A stretch of 62,787 nucleotides of DNA, the filler included, from Polymyxa betae A26-41 (Eukaryota > Protista > Endomyxa: Phytomyxea), in NCBI GenBank assembly GCA_003693705.1. It is 7 parts of 7 records of this genome, joined end to end, with 100 filler letters (N's around TTAATTAATTAA, not from the genome) between each part and the next. Parts side by side here need not be neighbours in the genome. Positions count along the whole stretch, not along the records: positions 39,659 to 51,360 come from RBZT01000538.1; positions 51,461 to 57,517 come from RBZT01000683.1; positions 57,618 to 62,787 come from RBZT01000189.1; 4 more parts are not named here. The stretch is one strand, 5' to 3'. This document shows, one piece after another, positions 49,001-62,410 of this stretch (its first letter is position 1; each line of letters starts with the position of its first letter). Below the pieces are notes generated by a model. It saw only the letters and a program-made list of their open reading frames with translations. It searched no databases and had not been told where the DNA came from. The translations under genes and the position numbers were made by a program.

Positions 49001-51360
49001 ACCTCGAACGTCCAAACTTTCAACACATTCGATGCTCACAGGTTGTAATACCAAAATCTGATAAGGAAGCCCTTGCATGCCAATATTCAGGTCACTGGTA
49101 CGACGCGATGATGGCAGAATACAAGCAGCTGATCGACTTTGGAACCTGGCAGCTAACCGATTAACCGGAAGGGCGAAAAGCAATAGGATGTAAGTGGGTA
49201 TTCGATGTGAAACCATGCCTTTGCGGAGGCGGAACTATACGCAAATTTAAAGCACGACTTGTAGTGAAAGGGTATTCTCAGCGTTATGGAATCGTCAACC
49301 GTAGCGGACATCTTAACTCTGTATTTTTTGATAAGGCCATGAGCCCAAAGATTATATGGGTCGGTGCCGTGACCGAGGGCTCCCAAAAAAGACAACAAAA
49401 CGCAGATCTCATCGAGACAAACATTTTGTCGTCTTGATTCTGAAAATCGTGTTTTTCCTTGCGCAGTTATAACACTTGGAAGTTATAAGGAGAACTGAGA
49501 ATTTGTCATTTGTATGGGAAAAGACAAAAATGCATAAAGTGGGCTTGGATTTTCTGCGCACATTTTCTTGTACTGTCAAAAAATGTATTTTGCGTACGCA
49601 TATTTTGTTGCTTTAGTAATGTGAACAAGATACCGTCGCACCCTCTTCTTCCTCGGGCGTGCGGAGTTCTTCGGCAGCTGTTAGAATGACCCGACCTCGT
49701 AAGAAGACCGTCCTCTGTCGAAGGCTTGCACATGCAGCTGCTGCTGCAGGACGTGGAAATTCTCGTCGCTCTGGACTTGCTGCTGCGGCCGAAGAGGCTT
49801 CGGAATCAGAAAGCGACTGTGATAATGCCATTCTGGGGGTGAATTGTTGGACCTTGCATTTCCGACTCCATCCATTGAACCCTTATTAAAAGAAGGCGCT
49901 GGATCACCGTTACGCTCCGCTTATACTGGGAGCAGCCGAAGAACTGTCTTTGGAAGAGAAAACGAAAAAAGGCGACAAAGTTCCACGTCTCATTCTGGAA
50001 ATTGATGATTGATAACAAAAATACACACTCAATTTTTTACGCACATTTTAAAAATACGCAATTTTTTTAAATGAAATTGGCACTGATTTCAGTGTTAAGA
50101 TGTCCGCTACGGTATGACGAAACCTTTGCATCAGTTGCTCACCACCAGATTGCCTTGGCAGCACAGCATGGTTTGCAAGTTGATGTAGTAGGTGCTTTCC
50201 TGAACGGAGAGCTTGAGGAAAACTTGTTCATGTCCCAGCCAGAAGGATTTGTAGTTCAAGGCCAACACCTCAATTTGTGCAAACTGCAAAAGTCATTGTA
50301 CGGCCTGAAACAGTCAGGAATGGTCTGGAACAAAGACCTAGATGCTTTTCTCACTATACACCTAAATTTCGTAAGAAGCCAGGCAGACCCATGCCAATAC
50401 ATATATAGTACACAGAATCAGCTTATGATGATTGCAATTCATGTTGATGACCTGGTAATTGTCCACAACGATGCCAGTCTTTGCGATGAAATCATCAAGA
50501 CTTCGTCATCAAAATGGAACATCACAGACCTGGGCCGACCAAGCAGGCTGTTATGAATGCGAATACGCTTCAGCGATGATGTATCAGTTCTCTTAGATCA
50601 AACAGAGTATATTGATGCATTGTTTGATAGATTCAACATGAAAGATTGCACTCCAGTCAGTACACCAAAGAATCCTGGATACCAGCTGTCCAAGTTAATG
50701 GCACCAAAGACAGATGACGAAACCGCTCGAATGGTGCATACACCATATGGCGAGTTAGTAGGCAGTCTGAATTGGCTCTCTGGAAACACAAGACCAGATA
50801 TCGCAACAGCAGTCGGAACACTGCCGATTTATCTCAAACCCGGGCAAGCAGCATTGGCATGCAGCACAAAGGGTACTGCGTTATCTATCAGGAACAAAAC
50901 ATCTCGCTATCAAATATTCTCAACAGCAGAAGGAGTACCTTCTTGGGTACAGCGATTCCGATTGGGCAGGAGATCTTGACCGCAGACGATCCACCTCAGG
51001 ATACATATTCTTGTACGCGGGGGCCCTATCTCATGGAAATCTAAACTTCAGACTACAGTAGCATTATCTTCTGTCGAAGCCGAATATATTGCTCTATGTG
51101 ATGCTGCAAAAGAAGCAGTATGGCTCCGACAGGTGCTGACCGACCTGGGATTCAGGCAATTATCTCCAACAACAATCAGAGCCGACAACAGAGGCTGTAT
51201 TCTCTTGAGCAAAAATTCACGAACAGACCCACGCACAAAACATATTGCAGTTAAATATCATTATACAAGACAAATGATCAATATATCTGAGATTGCACTG
51301 GAGCATGTTCCCACCCGACAGATTGTCGCAGAATTCCAAATGGAACTATTGAGGTTATAA
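46094..51360 (+). mobile_element. Near full-length Ty1/copia retrotransposon (5' LTR 46094-46365, PBS, gag-protease-integrase-RT-RNase H), disrupted; 3' end lost at a gap
   Basis: LTR matches the solo LTR 2956-3228. Copia-type PBS GATTAAGAGTCCCA. Gag LPVFNGERASFQLWK from ATG 46442, protease FIIDSGASMH, integrase IHSDNGGEY...PQSNGIAERFNRTL, RT KARLVVKGYSQ...KSLYGLKQ...HVDD, RNase H ALSSVEAEY...RTKHIAVKYHY. Confidence 0.95.
49299..50112. mobile_element. Non-autonomous Tc1/mariner (pogo/Tc2-like) element inserted in the copia RT, 814 bp
   Basis: 19-bp perfect TIR CCGTAGCGGACATCTTAAC / GTTAAGATGTCCGCTACGG. TA on the right flank and AA on the left. Removing it restores QRYGI(V)YDETFA. Confidence 0.88.
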
Positions 51361-54300
51361 NNNNNNNNNNNNNNNNNNNNNNNNNNNNNNNNNNNNNNNN
51401 NNNNTTAATTAATTAANNNNNNNNNNNNNNNNNNNNNNNNNNNNNNNNNNNNNNNNNNNNAAAACTTTGCCAGAACCCCAGTTAACAGATCTGACTTCAT
51501 TCGGTCATCTCTATTTCGTTTGAATTTAGATTTTGCATCAGTTTGTCCTCAAATGTTCGTTGATATCATCCTCGTGCTATCAAGTGCTAACCAAGATGGT
51601 TGGTGATGATGCTGATGAATACGATATGGCATCTATACGATTCTCGGCTGTTGTGTCTATCCAAGTCCGTTGTGTCCTATCTTGATTTGACAGCTTCACT
51701 TTCAGCTGTCAAAACTAAGACAAGATCTTGTATTCGTCTTGCTGCTCTCACACCTCTACCACCTATCATCAAATCATTTCCACCTCGCATTCAAAGGGCT
51801 AGTATAACTGCATAGGCTTAGGCAGTCGGCCCCCTGGAACATTCCCATTACACTGATTTTCATCTGCTTCGGACCTGTCCTTAACCTGGTGTAAGAATCA
51901 GCCCGTTTCCAAAGTCTGCTTCTATCAATGATATATTTTTTCTGTCATTTTGCAAGTCCGAATTTGAAACTAAAATTTTCAGAGCATCATTTAAATGAAT
52001 CTTGGAATTGGCCTTTGTCGCTGTTGTATCTGAGCCTCTGTTTATCCACGGCCAGGATCATTTCAGGAGCCGCTTTTATTCTGGTTCGAGTGCAGATCAC
52101 CGAGACTCCGAAAGATCAACATCAACATTCATCAATTCAAGTTCATAGCTTTCCAGTGATTAGGGTTTGGTTCGAAGAGAGAGAATCTTAGCCCCGATGT
52201 AATAATACCTGGAGTCTGTGTATTCAGACCAACGCCGTTATCATTAGCATGGAAATAAGACGGATGCCACATTTGAGAACAGAAAGATGGGTTATGTCTT
52301 GCATGACCTGTAGTAGGTTTGAAAGATACAAGATCCAAGTCCTTGTTGGAATGGGACTGGTGTCTATAATACTTTCGATAGGCAGGTTTTAGGTGTAGGG
52401 CCTTTTTCGGGTATTGAAAATGGTTGGCAAAACCTGTGTATTCGGTGGAGATAGCCAGAATGCCTGTAATAGCCTTGTGCTGGAGGAAAGAGCGCCGCCC
52501 TACAGTATTTAACAACTAGTCGATATCATTTCATTGCATTCAAACGCAGTTTCCTCATAATCAAGTCTGGGAAATATACAGTTAATGTCTCGTCGCAAAA
52601 TGTAAAGACAAACTTTGAATTGTTTTTAGATGACTCTCCAATATGATTTATAGGGCGAATGGTTTTATCGAAATGTTCCAGAGTGGAAACTACAATTCAT
52701 TGAGGCGATTTCGACAGAGGACATTGACTATTGATCACATTTGGCTGATAGTTTACATGAGCATATTCAGGATCGGAATGAATGGCACAATCTATGAGAA
52801 CATTTCGTTACGATTGGTTGCAAAGAGACCCAATGCGGACCTGAGCCTAAATCGTGGGATCTACAATTTCACGATTTCAGAGCTAATTCAGACTGGAAGA
52901 GAGCAGCTACAATAAAGGCCGTAGGAAGCCGAGAAGCTGCTTTGGGAGATAATTCCAGTTGGTTCATCATTCTGATTCGAGAATCTCAGAGAGTTTTAAG
53001 ACATGAAACTTGATAAGGAAACATTACATTGATAGTTTCCTGATTAGGAGATAAAGCCGGAATAATTTCTGTATGGTGTAATAAAGACGTTGATGTTGAT
53101 AGTGTTGCAAAATTCGGCGGAAGAGATGTGACTTGTTCCTGATACAGCAATCTCACTCCTGTGTCTGTGAGATCGGGAGAATAGAGACTCACATTAAGAT
53201 CGGGAGGATAGACACTGATATTGAGATCGAAAGGATAAACCCTATCAGGAGGCTCTTCCCGAGTATCTGTAACATTACTAAGCCCAGAACTGAAGCCAGC
53301 GAAGCACTCAGATAGACTCAGTATCAGGAAGGGAGTTGCTCGGCCATACATAATCAGGCAAATGGAGTCTGAACCTCGGACTATAAGACCGTAGATTCTC
53401 TTATAACGGAAAATTTTCAACTACTTTCTCGGAGCGCTGACAAACATGGATTCCACCGATATCCGTTCTACTGCTAATAACTGTTATTCTATTTTTAATT
53501 ACTGATAATTTACCTTCAATCAGCACTATGATGATACCTAGTTAAGTCCCCAAACAGGCAATAGACGTTGAATTTTCACTATCACAATGATCTCCGAAAA
53601 AGGAACTGTTCGTATTACTTTTTTGGCAGTACCATCTGCTTCAAACCCTTCTCTAATATCAGACAGCGAAAAGTAACACGATATATTCTAGTCGTGTTTT
53701 TAATTTATCGTTTGAAACTGTGAGATCAAACAGGGATCACGAAGCCACGTATCCTTTTCGGGCACCATTCGAGCCAACGTGCAAGAGATCGTTCCGCTGC
53801 TGAAGTCCGAATTCCGAAACCGATCTGATCTCGGACTTATATTGCGAACAGCCGATTGCTAATGAGTGTTATAGCGATCATTATCGCCTTCAAAAGACCC
53901 CTCAATGATCTTTCCAGATAATCGTTAACGTGGACCAAGCATGGCCCGATGCAAATAAAAAGGCATTTCATCTCATCTATCAACTGGCGGATAGAGAAAT
54001 GCTCTCAGTGCCAGTCGAAGGACGTCGTCGCGATTGATCACAGAAAGGGCGGGAAAAGCCTGTTAAATTCCTGCCAACATATTGTCTCGGACGAGGGAGC
54101 CGAGAGTGTTTTTACCTGCCGAATTGATTCCTCGATAGCGAAATATCGAGCGAAACCAGAACGGAGCTGGCTTTGTCTTAGTCGGATTTATAGAGACTTA
54201 GTCGCCCTTTTGGCAACGAGGTCTCTCTTCCCTTTCTTATATAGTCATAGATCTAACTTTGCTTCAGCAATAACATTGCCAGAGGTGTCCTGTACAAGGC

Positions 54301-54990
54301 ATTAGATACTGCTAATCGTCATGCAGATAGATAGATCCATTCAAATAATAAAAATTTTAGAATAAACCGCAGCTGAATTCTGCACAACATTGCTGTAAAT
54401 TGGTTAATTTTGGATTGCGCCTCCGCCAATATCAAATGTCGGATAAGTTTCAATAGCATAAGATGCTATTGATTGATGTGTATTATTGAAATCTATTATG
54501 CGATAATTAGATCGGGTATCTTCTGGTGTGGTCACGAATCTGCCTTTTCCTTTTGCTTTCAAACTGTTGAAACCGATGTGGATCGATTTCCGAAGAGCTG
54601 AGAGAACAGAGCAACCCTTTGGTTGGGACATCTGATGAATTAATCTTAAATCCCGTATGCTGGGAATCATCAGAATTATTGTTTTGAGCAATGTGCAGCT
54701 AACCTGAATCGCGCTATCTTTTGTGTTGCCTGGAAAGCTGCTGCCAAAAGTCATTCTTCATTGTACGGACCCTGACCCCTTTATCACCCAACGTCTGTAT
54801 CTGCTATGCTGGATCCATAGTAATTCTGGCACGAGAGAGACCTCTCTCTCCCTTCATGATAATATGGAATAATTTTGTAAATGTGCGACAAAATGCTCTC
54901 AGGCGCCTGATAACCGAAGATTGGCGTAAGATCGTGTTTGAAATTGCTCACTGTCATAAGTGCTGAAGACCCTGTGAAACTGGAAAAAAA

Positions 54991-55502
54991 ATGTTCAAGT
55001 GGATAATATTTTCATATTCAATCAACGAAGTCCTGGGCGCTCTCAAGCGCCTCTCAAACGGAGATGCACAAAGGTCGAAGAAAACTTGTTGGAATTTGCA
55101 TCCCATCAGCTTCGCCGCTGGCTGTGAGGCGACATCGAGTAGAATCCATTTCGGATTCGAGATGTTGGATGGCGCTTAATGGACGTTGCCCGGAGAAAGA
55201 TGATAATCAGGCTGCATGATAACGCCTGTCTGTGCTGCTGCCATATGAATATACGAGACAGGGTTTTTTTCGGCCAAATGATGGCGAACGGGGAAACCGA
55301 ATCGAGGAAGACGGAAACTGATAACTCCGAGCAGAATTCGCTCATTGAACATTTCTACGGACAGATCGTGGACATTCAAGATTGCTGGCATCGAATAAGG
55401 CTGGTCTGCGAAATCGAAATTTGTATTTTTTTTTCAAAAAAAAAATCGTCATGTCAAATGTGTAATGAGATATATCTTTGCCACGAAAATTGTGACATTT
55501 AG
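54991..55502 (+). pseudogene. Degenerate RING-like C-terminal fragment
   Basis: CLCC...CWHRIRLVC...CQMC spacing with a long first loop, like the RING at ~30050-30285. Confidence 0.3.
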
Positions 55503-57510
55503 TCAGCAATTTCCAGCTGCTCGTCCGCGGCTTCCACATTCCCGTCGACATCACTCGCATCGACAATCTCCAGCGGCTTTCCAGGAGCTTTTAAACTCCC
55601 GACATCGACAGTTTCTATTCCAAGGAGGAAAAGGGTGTCGTAAAACACATGTAATGGCAAGGCTGCCAGCATGCAGGAATGAACGAGATTTTCACCTTCC
55701 TCGGGCTTCTCGTGCGTCATCATGATCGCCTTACACTTGGACAACAGGAACGCTTGTAAAAAGTTCCTCAAATCGACAAAGGTGAAGGTCGTCACACCGA
55801 GATTTTGACTAGCGTCGTTGGTCTTTTGGCAGAGCGTCTTAAGACGCAGGCCCATGGTGAACGTGTACGACAGAACCATCTTCTTCTTCAGCTCCTGAAC
55901 ACACCGCAGAGAACGATCGAGGAAGACGGCGGCGATGCCCGCGAACCGATCGCCCTCGTACGCGGCGTACTTGACCTTGAGACGTTCGGTGATCAGGAGT
56001 TGCATCCGATCGAGCCATTCGTCCTGTTTCTGAAGGAGGATCTCGGCGACAGCTTTCATATCGGCAAGCAGTGCAGCTGAGAGCTTTTGCATCCACTATT
56101 TCATCAAAAACTGAAAAAGGAGCGAATCCGACGACAGGAATGAGCTCGGGAGACAGACAGCGGAATTATTGAAAACTATAGAATCCACATTAGCAGGAAT
56201 TCTTGAAAATCAGCAAACAAAAAATGTTGCTAAAATCTAGAACATTTTAAAAAATTACTTGGTAAAACTAGATTTAAATACCAATTAGCAGGCTTTCTTG
56301 TAAAATCAGCCAAAAAAAGGAAAAAATGACTTGATCAAATATAGAATAGTTTTCTTCTAAAACTCGATTATGAGGGTTTCTTGGAAATCAGCAAACACAA
56401 GGAAACGATGTCTAGCAAAATATAAAATAGCTAATTTTAACACCCGATTCTGAAAAATTAGCAGAAAACTGAGCCAATACTTTCATTGATATCTTTGGGC
56501 ATCTCCTAAAACAGGCTGAATAACGCGAGATCTTCCGAATCCTTTCACAAGATCAGTCTCAGACCTGATCTGATCACAGAACAGCATTTACCAGATCTTG
56601 TTCTGATCCAGGACATAATCGTGATGCATTCCCATCCATACACATATTAATATAAGGACTATAAGGGCGTTCATCAACAAGAGCGTCTTTAAGACATTGT
56701 CGAAGATCCTCAATAATCGCCTCGTGCATCTCTTCATCCAACAAAACCAACGCCCGGGACGCCTCCCCAACCGCTAAAATCCGGATGGAGTCCGTCACGA
56801 TATTGATGAAATCGCCGATCGGTCCCGTCTCCTGTTCACGGCCGCATTCCTTCTGTAGATCGCAGCGTAGACTCGTGGTGACGATCCCGATCTGGGCAAC
56901 GGTCATTTCCAGCACGAACGCGGCCTCCCGGAAGGACCCGTACGCCCCGGGGGCCGCCCGGTAATGCGGCAGACGCATCGTGAACGAGCATCGCAGCATA
57001 TCAAGTGCGTGCGCGTTCGTCTGCGTGAAGTTGGCGAGGACGTTGTCGATGACGTCCAGATCGAAGGAGGCGAGGGCGGCGGCGATTCCGTCCAACGTCG
57101 TCTGCATCTGCAGGATGGTTTCCCTGTTGAACGAGTCGGCCAGATCGCGTCTGGGTTCGCCTTCCGCGAAGCATCCGCGGACCGAATATCCGATACAGGT
57201 CAGGTCGTGGTAGACGTCCGCGGCCGGATCATCCGACGACGTCTCATGCGGCAGCTCTGCACACAAACAAACCCGCGGTCAGAACATCCCTGAAAAGCAA
57301 GAGCCCCGTGGCCGGGAGTCGTCGTACTGTCCAGACGGGCCATGTGCAGGTCGAGCAGGAGGCGGTGCAGCTCCGTGATCGGCTTCGACTACGACGACAG
57401 TCAGCGGACGGATACAGGAGACGGGGTGGGGGACAGTACGACCTGGGATTTCCGCTTCGATTTCTGAGACGGTTTCGATGATGTTGGAAGGGCGGCGTTC
57501 ATGGTCGGGA
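55499..57510 (-). CDS. Multi-exon hypothetical helical protein, 5' end at a gap
   Basis: GC-rich coding-like ORFs 55499-56092 and 56574-57266, separated by an AT-rich intron-like segment. Confidence 0.5.
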
Positions 57511-57699
57511 TGGCGGCNNNNNNNNNNNNNNNNNNNNNNNNNNNNNNNNNNNNNNNNNNNNTTAATTAATTAANNNNNNNNNNNNNNNNNNNNNNNNNNN
57601 NNNNNNNNNNNNNNNNNGCTTCATTCAGCTCAGTCCGTACGGTGTCCGTACGGACCTCTGGGAGTCGAGCCCAATATTATTAGAGTAGGTCTTCATACT

Positions 57700-58491
57700 T
57701 CATCAATGTTCGCATCTTTAGTACGCATCAGATTTATGCGTCAGTCTTCGAGTCTTATTGCGGACGCAGTTCCATCAAACTGCGTACGCTATTTTTGGGA
57801 AAATCAGAAGTTTTATGTAATTTTTAATAAATCTGATACAGTCCCTAAAATAGGGAAGAATCAAAGATCCCTAATAAGATTCGCTAACCGCGCACGGGGA
57901 TTTTTAGATTGCACCGATGAAGACAATAAGGTATCTTTGAAAAAGATGTTGAGGTATCCTTTGGAGCATTTTAACTTTCGCAAATCACACGTTATGGATT
58001 TGGTAAGCTCTGTAAATAGATCCTCAGAAAATAAGTCCGAATGTATCTTCTGTAAAACTAAACTAAGCGCGCGTACTTTGGATGCCACGCAATTTCAGTA
58101 TCGTAGTCTAATGCAAATGCCGTCCAGGCCTCCTTTTTAAACCCAGAGTCGGCACGCTTGCTTTCGCCGACCTGCATCTGAAGCAAGAACACAAGGTAAG
58201 CGTCCTTGTCCAGGTCGACCCAAACCACTCGTGGCACCATGCTAGTTGCCGGTCCGGTTCCTTAATCGAGCTGAGAACGATTAACACGAGAATCCGGATT
58301 TACCGAGCGAAATCCAGGTCCGAATAGGATTATAGAAATCCATGGCCAGATTTTGCGGGCAAATCTGGATAATAAAAAGGGATTTTGGGATGCCAAACAG
58401 GTCGATTTCACGGCAAATCCGGGTTTCACGCAAAAATCCGGAATGGGGGGTCAAATCCAGATTTTGCATGGTATTTATTTGCGGAGAGCTC
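57700..58491 (-). mobile_element. Harbinger end with a Myb/SANT-like (Myb_DNA-bind_3) accessory ORF starting at 58240
   Basis: W.DLDKDAYLVFLLQMQVGESKRADSGFKKEAW. Terminus GAGCTCTCCGCAAATA is flanked by TAA (58492-58494), with AAATCC(A/G)G subterminal repeats. Confidence 0.7.
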
Positions 58492-59910
58492 TAATCAATC
58501 ACGGAAGGCGTTGGATATCCACGCGAACTGCTTGGATTCGTGGTGCTGACCAAGCGTCAGTACACAAATTTGTGCAGACATTACCGCGATGAAGTGTGGG
58601 TAAGGCCAATACCGAATTAATCACCATCCTGTTTGGTGCGTTTGAACAGGGACTGACAATGCTGGAGCTTATCGAAGAAGTTCTTCGAAAAACGTGTTAC
58701 TTTGCGACACTTTGAACCGCCTCCTCTCAGTTGCGTTGAGCGGTTTCTGTGGCAATAGGGGAATCAACTGATTGCGCTCAAAAGATCGGTAACCCCAAGT
58801 GCGCACTGTTAGGCAGCTAACCAGAGCATAACGTTGTCCTAAGAAGGTTATCGTACGTCCAAGAAATGCATAGCTCGCTCCTGAAAGAACGGGACGGAAG
58901 CTGTACAAGCAATCCGGCTGTTGTCCCTGTTGCCTGGTCTTGTTGCCTTCGAATAACGGTGGCGGTGTTAAAAACACGGCGTTGAGCAGGCGGGCGGGTT
59001 CGCTTATCGTTCGTGAACATCTGACATCTGTAGGCGGAGTATGGCCTACAGGAGCGCGCCCTAGCCTCCAATTTCTTTTGAAAAATGTTGTTGGTTGAAC
59101 CAATCAAGCAGTGAATGTTGGCGTTTAGGATTATTAATGCGTTACGGAATTAGAACCTGGGTTCTATTGACGCTTGGCTAGCTGCTGACTCCGCTAGAAT
59201 TCGGGTTCTAAGTTGATGACGAGGTGTCGAAAGCTCCTAAACCCTAAGATCAATACATCTATCAGTCGCGTGACTGTATCGTAGAGCGCGTGCCTTTATG
59301 ACTTCCTTCAAATTTACCCATAGAAAGTTTAGTTCGTTCTTTTCTTAGCTTTCTCAGTTGTCTCCAACCTTAGGTTTTGGGCCCCGAACACGCGACTACG
59401 ATGCTCGATAATTTGGTCGCTGAGAAACTGACGAACTGTAATTATTCGATCAGGGCCTGGGAGTTTTACATGGCCGCCGAAGCTCAAAACGTTTGGGAGG
59501 GACAACGAGACCGAAGGGCCCTCAAAAAGTTTGAAATTCGGCATGCTCTGGCGAAATCCCAAATCGCACGGTCAATTAACCGTACCTGGATATGAAAATG
59601 AAACTCTGTATCTGATTGTAAGACAACTTCCTGGAAACCTGGCCTATGCTACTCTAAAAGTGCGTTCGGATATGATGGCTGAATGACGCGATCGACCGTC
59701 TCAGCCGAGAATCCGCATCGTTGAGTTTTCCACAACAACATTCGTCGTTATGATGGTCAAAGCAATGACGCCGCCTTTCTCGCATCGAATAATTAACCAG
59801 CGATTTTTGCATCGCGGCAAACGAGGAGGGCGTAACGGCGGTCCATGATCTCATTTGCCAAAGCGGCTGGGCACTACCGCCGTGATTACGTTTACTGAAA
59901 CAATGTCTCT

Positions 59911-60229
59911 TGTCAGGAGGCGCGACCCCGACCCGCCCTAATGTTACCAAAGTGTAGTTTGGCGATAGTTTGCAGCAGTAAGACTGCATGAACAATAATA
60001 CAGTCACTTTGGAGAACCGAGATGAGAATAGATCAGTTCGTTCACACCGTTTTTGAATCAACTTCTTCGTCTCGTTTCGTTGTAGTTTTTGTTCCTCGTC
60101 GTCGTCTTCCTGTCGTTCTTCCTGTTCTTCGTTCTTCGTTCTCTTATTGTTCTTCTCTCTCTTCTTAGAGTACTTCTACTTACTCCTTATATCTTCTATA
60201 GTTTACTCGTATAGAGTTGGTTCTTGACA
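59911..60229. mobile_element. Solo LTR (same family as 10784-11108) inserted in the YR region
   Basis: TGTCA...TGACA termini with a perfect TSD TCTCT on both sides. Confidence 0.95.
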
Positions 60230-61144
60230 TCTCTGGCATGGTCTAATATTTCTGAAGCTGCTTCTGTGAACGAAACCTGCGAATGGCTGCGATCCCACGC
60301 AATTTGACGTGCAAATTCTGCGTGAGCTTGCGAAATGGCCGTGGAAATTCGCAGGTCCGAAAACATGGGGAAACGCAAGTCTGCGCAGTTCCGGTGACCT
60401 GGGGGTGGGGTCAGATTAGGCCCTTGTTGGCCGTTTTTCAGGGTTTGTTGATGGGCTCAGTGGAATCGACAGTCTTTTTGTCATGATTTTTATTATGCAG
60501 AACTGTACAGGCCCGCCGCTGGTTTGTCGAACGCCCAGTGCTTGCGCCTATAACAAGAAACTTACATAATGCTTCGTTTTGAGGTTGCTGATAATTATGC
60601 TGACTGAAGATTATGTTTTTATTGGAAACATTTCGCTAAGTCTCATGATGTGGACCGCCAAACCATCACTTATGCTCATCATGAGACTTGGGCATCTTGC
60701 CATGGCCATAAGCTGTGAAACTTCTTCTCTTAATTACGGTATAATGCATCCGCAATGTCATCCGTAACACCTGGAATGTGCTGGAGTATCATGGACAGCG
60801 AAATTTCAATTGAAGATTTCGCGCCGGAATTTTGCCCACCTGCGTCGGTGGTACTACGTGTAACAACCATGGCATCGATATCTACTTTCGAGAGGTTGTC
60901 AGTGCGCATAACAATGGTCTTCTCACTCCAGTCCTCGCCCCATAACTCGAGCTCACGTTTTGTAGCCGAAAGCTCCTCAACGCATATTAGGTGTTGCTGC
61001 TGTTGGGGGTCCAACAGTGCTGAAACCATTCCCGCCGGTCTCGGCACCACCCGCCCATCTCCCAACTAGAGGCATCTGTGTAAACACCGATATCTAGACT
61101 TTGACGCCTTTAACGGATGTGTGGAGTACTGCTTAAGTAGGCCC

Positions 61145-61496
61145 TGGACTAACAGCTGTGGAGCTGCTATTGTACCTTTTGGTCAGTTAGTTGCTGTGAA
61201 GTCCAGGCGCAGTTTCTACAGAATAACAGCTCCAAGGGTCGGGTTCGAGTTTCCCCTGGTATTGGACGTTTTTGGGTTCAGTGGACCGGACCGGCTCACA
61301 ACTCGTGAAAAGATGCGTGGTTCATCTGTGTTTGGGGGTCACCTACTTAATTCTGCCAGAGGCCTGAGTGCCTGATTCTGGTGAGGAATGCAGTCACATT
61401 CAAGAGAGGGGTGTGTGCTGGACTAACAGCTGTGGAGCTGTTATTGTACCTTTTGGTCAGTTAGTTGCTGTGAAGTCCAGGCGCAGTTTCTACAGA
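61145..61496. repeat. ~78-bp direct duplication (about 61145-61222 and 61418-61496)
   Basis: CTGGACTAACAGCTGTGGAGCTG(C/T)TATTGTACC...GCAGTTTCTACAGA occurs twice. Confidence 0.9.
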
Positions 61497-61553
61497 GGAT
61501 GCTTAGATTGCTTAGTTGGTTCCCAAACCGATACATTCCTTTATTATGCTTTT

Positions 61554-62410
61554 CTAATCGTAGAGCCTTCTAACTGCAATAGACAATATATTATTATTCT
61601 TTGTGTAAAAGAATATGTATTGGGAAACGCGTCTCTGCATCAATGTTTTCTTGCTTTTCAATTTTGATTTTAATTTTAGGATTACTTTGTCGTTGTAGAC
61701 GAAATCATTCACATGTGGTATTATCACATCCTTTGAACAGGTTAATTTGAGATTGACATTATTTTGTGTATATAGCTTACCGACTATCCCACAACATGTT
61801 TTAGACTTGCATTGACACAAGATTTTACACTGTGGTTCATTCCATCCGTATGAAACAGACAATGGTTTGCTCTTACTAATTTGCTGGATAGTGAGTAGGA
61901 AAACGTGTGAATTTCCGTTGATGTCAAACACTTCAAATCTACAGTTAGGAGAACAACTGTGATTAGCAATGTGAGCTCCAGCCTCATTGTTGTTGCCAAT
62001 AATATATCTCCCATTGGACAACCTAACTGAGTAATTTTTCCTGTCATTGTCACCAGGCGGCGTTGCAACCGTCTCGCCCTTATGGACAGCAATAGGTATG
62101 TTTTTACCAATTTTCTTGGTAGCATATAGCCTGAAAGATTGGCCTGACAGCTGACTGAGTTGAGGCACCTATAATCACATTTCATGATGAATATATTATA
62201 TAAATGAAATATGACCTTTCTTATCACTGATGAGGCACCAGTACTTTCTGGTTGTAATAGCCCACGAGCATTTTCTGAGAAATTGCTGTTACATCGCTCC
62301 CCATCACATAATTGCGATTGTCGGAAATGCAGACAATAATGCATATCGCAGTGTCTTTTTTGTTTGTTGCATTTATAGAAAGGGCAAGAACAACGTAGAC
62401 GGCTATTCAT
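61554..62410 (-). CDS. AWS(pre-SET)-SET-postSET lysine methyltransferase-like protein (SET2/ASH1-type layout), possibly extending to an exon at 62535-62741
   Basis: A Cys-rich exon (CSC...C...C...C...C....C) is joined in frame by a phase-0 GT-AG intron (62215-62169) to ANHSCSPNC, LSVSYGW and post-SET CQCKSKTC. Confidence 0.85.

Larger units (their letters stand above)
59654..61500 (-). mobile_element. Decayed DIRS/Ngaro tyrosine-recombinase retrotransposon (RT trace, RNase H, YR)
   Basis: RNase H HLICVEEL...LWGEDWSEKTIVMRTDN...LQHIPGVTDDIADAL (60730-61065). YR traces lie downstream: LSATSKRS, NYSMR(K)GG and SFSHHIRT, resembling HS.R.GG and F..YIR. Confidence 0.65.

Noticed and set aside
51480-52520. 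Possible non-LTR RNase H/C-terminal remnant (RLRTG) on the minus strand
   Set aside because: Too decayed to support from the sequence alone.
58669-59595. ORFs checked for Fanzor/TnpB RuvC motifs
   Set aside because: No D-PG, zinc-finger or RD.NAA motifs were seen here or in other ORFs of the window.
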